DNA from: Campylobacteraceae bacterium
GTDB taxonomy: Bacteria; Campylobacterota; Campylobacteria; Campylobacterales; BB28
NCBI GenBank assembly: GCA_016744535.1
Contig: JADGEE010000001.1
Location: forward strand, 7,284 to 71,283
Direction of reading: 5' to 3'
Length of the DNA: 64,000 nt
The notes under the pieces are model-generated. The model saw only the letters and a program-made list of their open reading frames with translations. It was not told the DNA's origin and made no database searches. The position numbers and the translations under genes were made by a program. Of the stretch, positions 9,184 to 17,570 are shown piece after piece. The stretch's first letter is position 1. Each line of letters opens with the position of its first letter.

Positions 9184-10485
9184 ATGAACTTTATTTTAGA
9201 AGATAGTATTATTTTTGGAACTATATTACTATCATTATTTTTTATTTCAGGCGGAACTCTCTTTTGGATGATAAAATTAAGTAGAGCAAAGAAAGAGAGT
9301 GAAGTTGCAAAAAAACAGATTGAATTAATCTTTTCAAAAATTTTAATCCCATTTTTAATTACATCTAAAAAGAGAAGAGAGATAGTTTTTGCTAATGAGA
9401 ATGCACTAAAACAGTATGAGATAACAGAGGATAAGTTACTTGGTGGTTCAATTGATATGTTTTACACAGATGAGAATCAAAGATATAAAATTTTAGAAGT
9501 AATGAAAAAATATGGAGTCGTTAAAAATCTTGAAATGAGATACAAAACATATAAAGGTAACTACTTTGACGCTCTTCTATCTTTAATTGATATTATATAT
9601 AAAGGTGAAGAGTGTTATTTGGGAATTATTACAGATATAACTGAACAGAGACAAAGAGAAGAACAGATTAAAGATCTTCATCGTAAAGTTACAGATTCAA
9701 TTAAGTATGCTTCATTAATTCAACACTCATTAATTCCTAATAATAATATTTTTGAAAAATATGTAGATGACTATTTTGTACTTTGGAAACCAAGAGATAT
9801 AGTTGGTGGAGATATATATCTTTTAGAAGAGTTAAGAAATGATGATGAAGTATTAATTATGCTAATTGATTGTGCTGGTCATGGTGTTCCAGGAGCATTT
9901 GTAGCAATGTTAGTAAAAGCGATAGAGAGACAAATTGTTGGTGAAATTTTAAATAGTAATGTTGATGTCTCTCCAGCTAAAATATTAACTTTTTTTAATA
10001 AAAATATGAAAACTATTTTAAGGCAAAATAGTGATAATTTTATTTCAAATGCTGGTTCAAACGCTGGATTTGATGGGGGAATACTCTATTACAATAAAAA
10101 AGATAAAATAATTAAATATGCTGGAGCGAAAGTACCACTTTATCTAATAAAAAATGGTAAATTAAAAGTAATAAAAGCAGATAGACACTCAATCGGTTAT
10201 AAACGCTCAAAAGCAAATTTTGAATTTAAAGATAATATAATAAAAATTGACAGTGATATTAGACTCTATATCACAACAGATGGTTATTTAGACCAAAGTG
10301 GAGAAGATAGATTACCTTTTGGTAAAAAAAGATTTCAAGAATTAATTATTGAATCTAATATGGAGAGTTTTGAAGAGCAAAAAATAATTTTATTAGATAA
10401 ATTTTTAGAATATAAAGGTAAAAATAGAGTAAATGATGATGTTACAGTTATTGGAATGAAATTTATACAAGAGGATATTAATTAA
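9184..10485 (+). CDS. membrane-anchored PAS + PP2C/SpoIIE-family Ser/Thr phosphatase (SiaA-like)
   Basis: One TM helix and a PAS-like segment ending GIITDITEQR. PP2C block GGDIY...LIDCAGHGVPGAF...ITTDGYLDQ...NDDVTVIG. Confidence 0.85.
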   Translation: MNFILEDSIIFGTILLSLFFISGGTLFWMIKLSRAKKESEVAKKQIELIFSKILIPFLITSKKRREIVFANENALKQYEITEDKLLGGSIDMFYTDENQRYKILEVMKKYGVVKNLEMRYKTYKGNYFDALLSLIDIIYKGEECYLGIITDITEQRQREEQIKDLHRKVTDSIKYASLIQHSLIPNNNIFEKYVDDYFVLWKPRDIVGGDIYLLEELRNDDEVLIMLIDCAGHGVPGAFVAMLVKAIERQIVGEILNSNVDVSPAKILTFFNKNMKTILRQNSDNFISNAGSNAGFDGGILYYNKKDKIIKYAGAKVPLYLIKNGKLKVIKADRHSIGYKRSKANFEFKDNIIKIDSDIRLYITTDGYLDQSGEDRLPFGKKRFQELIIESNMESFEEQKIILLDKFLEYKGKNRVNDDVTVIGMKFIQEDIN

Positions 10486-13044
10486 GTGTTAGATAATGAT
10501 AATAATATAGAGATAAAAGATTATATTTTAGTAGTTGAAGATAGTAAAACTTATCTTCAAGTAATTAAACAATTTATTAAAAATTATACAAATTATGAAG
10601 TAATGGTAGCTCAAAATTATGGAGAAACTAAAAAGATATTAGAATCAAAAGAGTATAACTTCTTTGCATCATTAACTGATTTACACCTACCTGATAGTAT
10701 GGATGGAAACATAGTAGATTTACTTCTCTCATTTAAAATACCAACTATTGTTTTAACATCTTCTACTGATGAGAATGTCCGAGAAAAACTTACTAAAAAA
10801 GCTATTGTTGATTATATTATTAAATCTTCATTAGCAGATATTAAAAGTGCTATTAAGCTTTTAAATCAACTTAAAAAAAATGAAAATATTAAAATATTAG
10901 TAGTTGATGATTCCAAAACATTTAGATCATATATTGGAAATTTTTTAAAACTTCACTACTTTAATATTTTTAAAGCATCAGATGGAATTGAGGCTTTAAA
11001 AGTTATTGAAGAGGAGAAAGATATCTCTATGGTTTTAACAGATTATCATATGCCAAATATGGACGGTTTTGAATTAACTACCGAAATTAGAAAAAAATAC
11101 TCTAATCAAGAGATGGCAATTATAGTATTATCTTCTGATACAAATAATTATACAACTTCAAGATTTTTAAAAAATGGAGCAAATGATTATCTGTTAAAAT
11201 CATTTTCAAGAGATGAATTTTTTAGTAGAGTTTATTTAAATATTTATAATTTAAGTTTAATAAAAGAGGTCACAAAAGAGCAAAATTTAGTAAATGAGTA
11301 TAAACGGGCAGTTGATGGAAGTTCTATTGTTTCAAAAACAGATATCAATGGAATTATTACTTATGTAAATGATGAGTTTTGTAAAATTTCAGGCTATGAT
11401 AGAGAAGAGTTAATAGGAAAATCTCATAATATTATAAGACATTTAGATACTCCAAAAGAGATTTTTAAAGATTTATGGGATACTATTTTAGCAAAAAAAT
11501 CTTGGAAAGGTGTTATTATAAATAGAGCTAAAAATGGAACTGCATATTGGGTTGATAGCTTTATTACTCCTATATTAGACGAAAACAAAAATATAATTTC
11601 AATTATGGCAATTAGAAGTGATATAACTAAACTTCAAGAGAGAACTGATAAATTAAAAAAAACTAATAAACAGATCAGAGATTCAATAGAGTATGCTTCA
11701 CTAATCCAAGGGGCTTTAATCCCAGATAAAAATGTATTTGCAAAATATACAGATGATTATTTTGCCATTTGGAAACCAAGAGATGTAGTTGGAGGAGATA
11801 TTTATCTTTTAGAAGAGTTACGAAATGAGAATGAATTTTTATTAATGGTGATAGATTGTGCCGGTCACGGAGTTCCAGGGGCATTTGTAACAATGCTAAC
11901 AAAAGCAATTGAGAGACAAATTATCGGTAGAATTGTAAATAGTGATGAAATTGTAAGTCCAGCTAAAATTTTAACTATTTTTAATAAAAGTATGAAACAT
12001 TTATTAAAACAAGAAAAAGATGAAACAATATCAAATGCTGGATTTGATGGAGGTATATTATATTATAATAAAAAAGATAATATAATTAAATACGCAGGAG
12101 CAAAAACACCACTTTATATTATTAGAGGTGATAAGTTAGAGATGATTAAAAGTGATAGACAATCTATCGGTTATAAACGCTCAAAGCCAAGTTTTGAATT
12201 TAAAGACCATATAATAGAGTTAAATGAAGATACACAAGTTTATATAACAACTGATGGTTATTTAGATCAAAGTGGTGGAGAAGAGGGCTTTCCTTTTGGT
12301 AAAAAAGAGTTTCAAAAATTAATTTTTAAAAATAGAGAAAAGAGTTTTAAAGATCAAGAAGATATATTAATAGGCAATTTTGAATCTTACAAAGGAGATA
12401 AAATACCAAATGATGATGTTACAGTTATCGGAATGAAATTTATAGATAATAGAGTAAAGGAGGGAGATATGTTAAAACAGAAGCTTAATACAATTAATAA
12501 ATGTGAACAAGAACTTAAAATTGAATTTAAAGTTGATGATGAAATTTTATTTGAATTTAATGGCATTATAACACAATCAAAAGTTGTAGAGGTAGCTAAG
12601 GGTGTTGAAAAAAAATTAATTGAAGAGAATGTCGAAACTTCAAAAATTCGTAATATTTTTGAGGTAATTGTTGAAATTATGCAAAATATACTTAGTTACT
12701 CTTGTGATAGTATAGATAAAGGGAATAATACTTATGAGAGTAAAGGTAAAATTATTATAACTCATAATACTAAAACAGAAGAGTATTTAATATCTAGTTG
12801 TAACTTGATAGAGGCTAGTAAAAAAGAGAAAATTATTAATAATATAGATCAACTTACCCCTTTAAATAAAGATGAGTTAAAAAAGTTATATAAAGAGACA
12901 AGAAGAAGTAGAAAAACAGTGCATAACAGAGGTGCTGGGCTTGGTTTTATTGAAATGGCTAGAAAGTCAATAAAACCATTAGAGGTTACTTTTAGTGAAC
13001 TTAATACTAAAGAAGTTCTTTTTACACTAAAAGTTACTATATAA
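10486..13044 (+). CDS. fusion protein: REC-REC-PAS-PP2C phosphatase-SiaB-like kinase domain
   Basis: Two receiver domains (LTDLHLPD and VLTDYHMPNMDG). PAS segment (NGIITYVNDEF...SGY). PP2C block (DCAGHGVPGAF). The C-terminal about 190 aa carry VEIMQNIL...GAGLGFIEMARKS, typical of SiaB/DUF6272 kinases. GTG start 1 nt after the previous stop. Confidence 0.8.
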   Translation: MLDNDNNIEIKDYILVVEDSKTYLQVIKQFIKNYTNYEVMVAQNYGETKKILESKEYNFFASLTDLHLPDSMDGNIVDLLLSFKIPTIVLTSSTDENVREKLTKKAIVDYIIKSSLADIKSAIKLLNQLKKNENIKILVVDDSKTFRSYIGNFLKLHYFNIFKASDGIEALKVIEEEKDISMVLTDYHMPNMDGFELTTEIRKKYSNQEMAIIVLSSDTNNYTTSRFLKNGANDYLLKSFSRDEFFSRVYLNIYNLSLIKEVTKEQNLVNEYKRAVDGSSIVSKTDINGIITYVNDEFCKISGYDREELIGKSHNIIRHLDTPKEIFKDLWDTILAKKSWKGVIINRAKNGTAYWVDSFITPILDENKNIISIMAIRSDITKLQERTDKLKKTNKQIRDSIEYASLIQGALIPDKNVFAKYTDDYFAIWKPRDVVGGDIYLLEELRNENEFLLMVIDCAGHGVPGAFVTMLTKAIERQIIGRIVNSDEIVSPAKILTIFNKSMKHLLKQEKDETISNAGFDGGILYYNKKDNIIKYAGAKTPLYIIRGDKLEMIKSDRQSIGYKRSKPSFEFKDHIIELNEDTQVYITTDGYLDQSGGEEGFPFGKKEFQKLIFKNREKSFKDQEDILIGNFESYKGDKIPNDDVTVIGMKFIDNRVKEGDMLKQKLNTINKCEQELKIEFKVDDEILFEFNGIITQSKVVEVAKGVEKKLIEENVETSKIRNIFEVIVEIMQNILSYSCDSIDKGNNTYESKGKIIITHNTKTEEYLISSCNLIEASKKEKIINNIDQLTPLNKDELKKLYKETRRSRKTVHNRGAGLGFIEMARKSIKPLEVTFSELNTKEVLFTLKVTI

Positions 13045-13062
13045 AATTAAGGAGAGTAATAG

Positions 13063-13440
13063 ATGGAAAATTTAAATATAGAGAAAACAGAATATACACC
13101 AAAGATAGTTTTAAATGCAGAAGAGGGATTAATAGAATTTAAAGGAGACTCTTTTCCAGAGAATACTTATGATTTTTATAAGCCTATAATGGAATGGTTA
13201 AAAGAGTATTTTGATTCTAATAAGAAAGATAAAACGACCATTAATATGGAAATAAATTACTTTAATTCTAGTAGTTCTCAACTCTTTTTTGATTTGTTTG
13301 ATTTATTTGAAGAGGTAAGTGAAGATAATAATTTACAAATAAATTGGATATATGATGAAAAAAATGATAGTGCAGAGGAAGCTGGTGAAGATTTTGTAGA
13401 GGAGTTTGAAACTCTTAATATTAATATGATTATAAAATAG
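13063..13440 (+). CDS. SiaC-family regulatory phosphoprotein (DUF1987)
   Basis: Collinear with P. aeruginosa SiaC as I recall it: YTPKI..., GDSFPEN (SiaC has GDSYPEN), YFNSSSS (SiaC has YLNTSS), acidic C-terminus. SD AAGGAG. Confidence 0.75.
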   Translation: MENLNIEKTEYTPKIVLNAEEGLIEFKGDSFPENTYDFYKPIMEWLKEYFDSNKKDKTTINMEINYFNSSSSQLFFDLFDLFEEVSEDNNLQINWIYDEKNDSAEEAGEDFVEEFETLNINMIIK

Positions 13441-13456
13441 ATAATTAGGATAAAAG

Positions 13457-14323
13457 ATGAGTCTTACAGAAGATAAATTATTAGAACAGTTAGAGAGTTT
13501 TGTAAATAATGATATAGCACACTTTAAAGAATTAACTCAAAAAGTAATCAGAAACTATACTAAAAAATCTAAAAGATTAGATAAAATTGTAAAACAGAGT
13601 GATACTCAACAAAAACAGTTAATTACTCTACATAAAGAGTTAGATGAGTATAAAAATCATCTTGAAGATAAAGTTGAAGATAGCTTAAAAGAGATAAAAG
13701 ATTTAAATAGAGAAATTGAAGATACTCAAAGAGAAGTTATATTCACTATGGGAGCAATTGGAGAAAGCCGTTCAAAAGAGACAGGAAACCATGTAAAAAG
13801 AGTTGCCGAGTATTCACATCTATTTGCTGTAAAATATGGGATGAGTGAAGAAGAGTGTGAGCTTTTAAAACAGTGTTCACCAATGCACGATATTGGAAAA
13901 GTGGCAATTCCTGATGCTATTTTAAATAAACCTGGAAGATTTACTGATGAAGAGTTTAAAGCTATGCAAAAACACGCTGAACTTGGATATGAAATGCTTA
14001 AACACTCAAATAGAACTATTATGTGGGCAGCTTCAATTGTAGCTTATGAGCATCACGAAAAATATAATGGTAAAGGTTACCCTAGAGGAATTGCAGGAGA
14101 AGATATTCATATCTATGGACGAATTACAGCAATTGCAGATGTTTTTGACGCATTAGGAAGTGATAGAGTTTATAAAAAAGGTTGGAGTGATGATAAAATT
14201 TTTAATTTAATTAAAGAGGAGAGAGGAGAGCATTTTGACCCAAAATTAGTAGATATTTTTTTTGAACATTTAAATGATTTTTTAAAAATTAGAGATAGTT
14301 ATAAGGATAATTTTGAAGAGTAA
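13457..14323 (+). CDS. HD-GYP domain cyclic-di-GMP phosphodiesterase with N-terminal coiled-coil module
   Basis: HD motif MHDIGKVAIPD. GYP motif HHEKYNGKGYPRG. The N-terminal about 90 aa are helical. Confidence 0.9.
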   Translation: MSLTEDKLLEQLESFVNNDIAHFKELTQKVIRNYTKKSKRLDKIVKQSDTQQKQLITLHKELDEYKNHLEDKVEDSLKEIKDLNREIEDTQREVIFTMGAIGESRSKETGNHVKRVAEYSHLFAVKYGMSEEECELLKQCSPMHDIGKVAIPDAILNKPGRFTDEEFKAMQKHAELGYEMLKHSNRTIMWAASIVAYEHHEKYNGKGYPRGIAGEDIHIYGRITAIADVFDALGSDRVYKKGWSDDKIFNLIKEERGEHFDPKLVDIFFEHLNDFLKIRDSYKDNFEE

Positions 14324-14337
14324 ATCAAAGGTTTAAA

Positions 14338-15282
14338 GTGGAAAATGAAAAAGAACTCATAGAGTATATAGAAGATAACTTAAAATGTGAAGATAAAAAT
14401 TTAAAAAATGCAATTGAGAAATTAATAAAAAATTATAATAAAAAATCTACAAGATTAGACAAAATAGTTAAACAGAGCGATAGACAGCAATCAAGTTTGA
14501 AAACAGCTTATGAAGAACTTAGTGATTATAAAGAAAATCTAGAAATAAAAGTTCAAGATGAGATAAAAAAACGACAAGATAATGAGAGAATGCTTATGCA
14601 ACAGTCTAAAATGGCTGCTATGGGAGAGATGATAGACGCGGTTGCACATCAATGGAAACAACCACTAAATATTATTAGTGTAAGAGTGATGATGTTAGGT
14701 ATGGATTTTGAAGATGGTGAAGTTAATAAAGAGTATATTCAAGAGTTAAATAATCAAGTATCATCTCAAATCAAACATATGGTTAATACACTTGATGAGT
14801 TTAGAGGATTTTTAAGACCAAATAAACAATTAAAAAAGTTTAATATATTAAAAACTGTTAATAGTGTATTACTTTTAACAAAAGATGAATTTATACAAAA
14901 TAAAATATCTACTAAAATATTAGAGAGTAAAGATTTTAATATTTTAGGAGTTGAAAATGAGTTTAAACATATTATTTTAAATATTATAAATAATTCAAAA
15001 GATGCCTTTGTTGAAAAAAATAAAAAAAAGAGAGAGATAACTTTTAAGAGTTATACAACTAATTCTAATTTAATATTAGAGATAGAAGATAATGCAGGTG
15101 GTATCCCTGAAAATATAATAGATGATATATTTAAACCAAATGTAACTACAAAAGCTGATGATAAAGGGACAGGAATAGGACTTTATATGAGTCTGCAAAT
15201 TGCTCAAAAATATAATGGAGATATAATAGTTGAAAATACCGACAAAGGTGCAAAATTTAGTATAAAGTTAAAAAATTTTTAA
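14338..15282 (+). CDS. soluble histidine kinase (coiled-coil module + HisKA + HATPase_c)
   Basis: H-box MGEMIDAVAHQWKQPLN. N box ILNIINNSKDA. G boxes DNAGGI and GTGIGLYMS. No TM segment. GTG start. Confidence 0.85.
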   Translation: MENEKELIEYIEDNLKCEDKNLKNAIEKLIKNYNKKSTRLDKIVKQSDRQQSSLKTAYEELSDYKENLEIKVQDEIKKRQDNERMLMQQSKMAAMGEMIDAVAHQWKQPLNIISVRVMMLGMDFEDGEVNKEYIQELNNQVSSQIKHMVNTLDEFRGFLRPNKQLKKFNILKTVNSVLLLTKDEFIQNKISTKILESKDFNILGVENEFKHIILNIINNSKDAFVEKNKKKREITFKSYTTNSNLILEIEDNAGGIPENIIDDIFKPNVTTKADDKGTGIGLYMSLQIAQKYNGDIIVENTDKGAKFSIKLKNF

Positions 15283-15302
15283 TTAAAGTTAGGAATAAAA
15301 AA

Positions 15303-15533
15303 ATGAATAGACTCCAATCAAAAATTATAGAAAATATAAATTTACTACCTGATAGTATGCTTCAAGAGGTAGCAGACTTTAGTGAATTTTTAAAATATAA
15401 ATATGAAAAATCAAAAGATACTTTTAAAATAGATAGTGTTTCAAAAGAGGAATTAAATGAAATTGAAAAGGAGTTAAAAGATAAAGAGTGTTTTGAAATT
15501 GTAAAAGATAGTAAAAGAAGTTATCAAATATGA
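15303..15533 (+). CDS. type II antitoxin (DUF2281-like)
   Basis: 76 aa. The N-terminal IENINLLPDSMLQEVADFSEFLKYK resembles DUF2281 antitoxins. ATGA overlap with the toxin gene. Confidence 0.55.
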   Translation: MNRLQSKIIENINLLPDSMLQEVADFSEFLKYKYEKSKDTFKIDSVSKEELNEIEKELKDKECFEIVKDSKRSYQI

Positions 15534-15814
15534 TTTTAGATATAATTTACTCTAAAAAATCACAAAAATTTCTAAATAAAAATTCTCATTTAATTAAAAC
15601 TGATGATGTTGATAAATTAATTATTTTAGCAATTAAAAAAATAAAAAGAATTGAAGATACAAATATAGATTTAAAAGATTTAAAACCAAATAGAAATAAC
15701 TTTTATAGAATTAGAAAAGGAGATATTAGAATTATTTTTTATCTTGATGATAATGGAAAAATTTTAGTAGCAAATGTAAATAAAATAGGATTTAGAGGAG
15801 ATGTTTATAAATAG
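15530..15814 (+). CDS. type II toxin, RelE/ParE superfamily
   Basis: 94 aa. The YRIRKGDIRIIFYLD...ILVANV...RGDVY pattern is typical of RelE/ParE toxins. Confidence 0.7.
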   Translation: MILDIIYSKKSQKFLNKNSHLIKTDDVDKLIILAIKKIKRIEDTNIDLKDLKPNRNNFYRIRKGDIRIIFYLDDNGKILVANVNKIGFRGDVYK

Positions 15815-15887
15815 TCTTTCTCTATAAAAAACTCATATTGAAAAACTTAGTATCAATATTGATACTTTATATACTCCTTAAATAAAC

Positions 15888-16145
15888 TTAAGTTTTAAAC
15901 TTCAAAAATTCACAAATATCAACTTCTAAAGCCTTTGAAATTTTATAAATATGTTCTAAATTAAAATGTTTATTTTTTTTACAATTTTCTGCATTTGTAT
16001 AAAATGTAACAGAGTTAAAACCAATAGTTAAAGCCAAATCAAGTTGAGTTATATTTTTCTCTTTTCTAATTCTTTTTATGTTTTGTGAAATTTTTTTATG
16101 GAAGATTTCAACTTCTTCTTTTTCTATATTTGAAAATTCATTCAA
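15888..16145 (-). CDS. XRE-family helix-turn-helix transcriptional regulator
   Basis: 85 aa. HTH segment IKRIRKEKNITQLDLALTIGF. Confidence 0.8.
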   Translation of the reverse strand: MNEFSNIEKEEVEIFHKKISQNIKRIRKEKNITQLDLALTIGFNSVTFYTNAENCKKNKHFNLEHIYKISKALEVDICEFLKFKT

Positions 16146-16152
16146 AATTTAT

Positions 16153-16228
16153 CCTATGGGTTAATTTAAGGTTAAATTTTAATTAGTTAGAATAGTTTCT
16201 TCTATAACCTATGGGTTATATTTAAGGG
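16153..16228. promoter_or_regulatory. two direct copies of a CCTATGGGTTA(A/TA)TTTAAGG box in the XRE/LamG divergent intergenic region (candidate operators)
   Basis: The boxes sit at 16153-16171 and 16208-16228, 55 bp apart start to start, between the divergent starts at 16145 and 16294. Confidence 0.4.
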
Positions 16229-16293
16229 TGTGGTAATCTTAAAAACACTAAAATACAATACTTAAATAAATGATAATAAAAGGAGAAAAAGAG

Positions 16294-17547
16294 ATGAAAA
16301 AAGTTTTACTTTCGGCTTTAGCTTGTGGCTATTTAGTTGCAGGAATTAATGATGGTTTAGTTGTACACTATGAATTTGAGGGAAATGCAAATGATAGTAG
16401 TGGAAATGGTAATAATGGAACTGAATATGGTGGAGTTGAATATGTAGATGGAATTATGGGAAAAGCTGGAAGTTTTGATGGGGTAGGTAGTTATATTCGT
16501 AAAAACAATTTTTCTATCAATATAAAAAATGATTTTACAATATCTACATGGATAAATACAAATGAAAATCCTGAATGGTACAATCCAATTTTTTCTATAC
16601 ATTCAGGTGAAGAAGGTTTTGCAAATTATGGGGATAAACATATTAGTCTATGGTTATCTGAACCATTAAGAGTAATTGGCTATCAAACTCCAAAAAATGA
16701 AGATAACGGTAATTATTCTCAAGCTGAAATTTCAAATATTAATACTTGGTATCACATTATTTATACAGAAGTAGATGGTATTCAAAAAATTTATATTAAT
16801 GGAATTGATACAACTTCTAATAAAAAAAGAGATACAGAAAGCGGATTAATTATAAGCAATGGTTTTTTAGAAATAGGAGCACCTAACTTTTGGGGTAATA
16901 ATGGAGGTTGGAGTGAAAATGGAAGAGGAAAAAAATGGAATGGTCTTATTGACGATTTAAGAATCTATGACCGTGCATTAAGTGAAGATGAAATAAAAGA
17001 GCTTTACTACTTAAAAAATTGTGAATGTAATACTCAAACTTCAACTTGTGATGAGAGTAAAATTTATTCTCAAGATGAGTTAGATTCTAAAATTTTAGAA
17101 GCAAAAAATGAGATGAAAAGTTATTGCGAAAATAATCCTAGTGAATGTGGAATTATGCCTGAAACTTCAAACACTACAAACGAAACTACTTCAAATATAG
17201 ACTCTAAAGATGTGAAATTAGAGTTAAGGGCTGGTTGGAATTTAGTCTCAATACCTGGTTATACTCCTTACTCTATTGATAAACTTTTTGCACCTGAAGA
17301 GGAGATGGCTATTGTTTCAAATATAAAAAGTGTTTTTGCTTTTGATGTTGAACAAGGCGGATGGCTTAGTTATGTACCAGGAAATAGAGATAATAGCTTG
17401 ATAAATTTATACCCTGGTCAGGGCTTTTGGGTAAATAATAAATATAATATGAGTTATGAATTTAATGGTGAAGTTCAAATAGAGAGTTTAACTTATAAAG
17501 GCGATGGTTTAGGCAATGTTGATGTGCCTCCAGTTGTTGGAAATTAA
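16294..17547 (+). CDS. secreted LamG/concanavalin-A-like lectin-fold protein with Cys-rich linker and a C-terminal domain shared with the next gene
   Basis: Signal peptide MKKVLLSALACG. LamG-type block WNGLIDDLRIYDRALSEDEIKELY. The ATG at 16294 follows an AAAGGAG SD, which I prefer over 16270. Confidence 0.7.
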   Translation: MKKVLLSALACGYLVAGINDGLVVHYEFEGNANDSSGNGNNGTEYGGVEYVDGIMGKAGSFDGVGSYIRKNNFSINIKNDFTISTWINTNENPEWYNPIFSIHSGEEGFANYGDKHISLWLSEPLRVIGYQTPKNEDNGNYSQAEISNINTWYHIIYTEVDGIQKIYINGIDTTSNKKRDTESGLIISNGFLEIGAPNFWGNNGGWSENGRGKKWNGLIDDLRIYDRALSEDEIKELYYLKNCECNTQTSTCDESKIYSQDELDSKILEAKNEMKSYCENNPSECGIMPETSNTTNETTSNIDSKDVKLELRAGWNLVSIPGYTPYSIDKLFAPEEEMAIVSNIKSVFAFDVEQGGWLSYVPGNRDNSLINLYPGQGFWVNNKYNMSYEFNGEVQIESLTYKGDGLGNVDVPPVVGN

Positions 17548-17570
17548 ATTATAATAAAAAGGGCGATTTT

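Noticed and set aside
11675-11908. 77-aa minus-strand ORF inside the fused phosphatase-kinase gene
   Set aside because: It is antisense to a strongly supported domain (the PP2C block), with no independent evidence.
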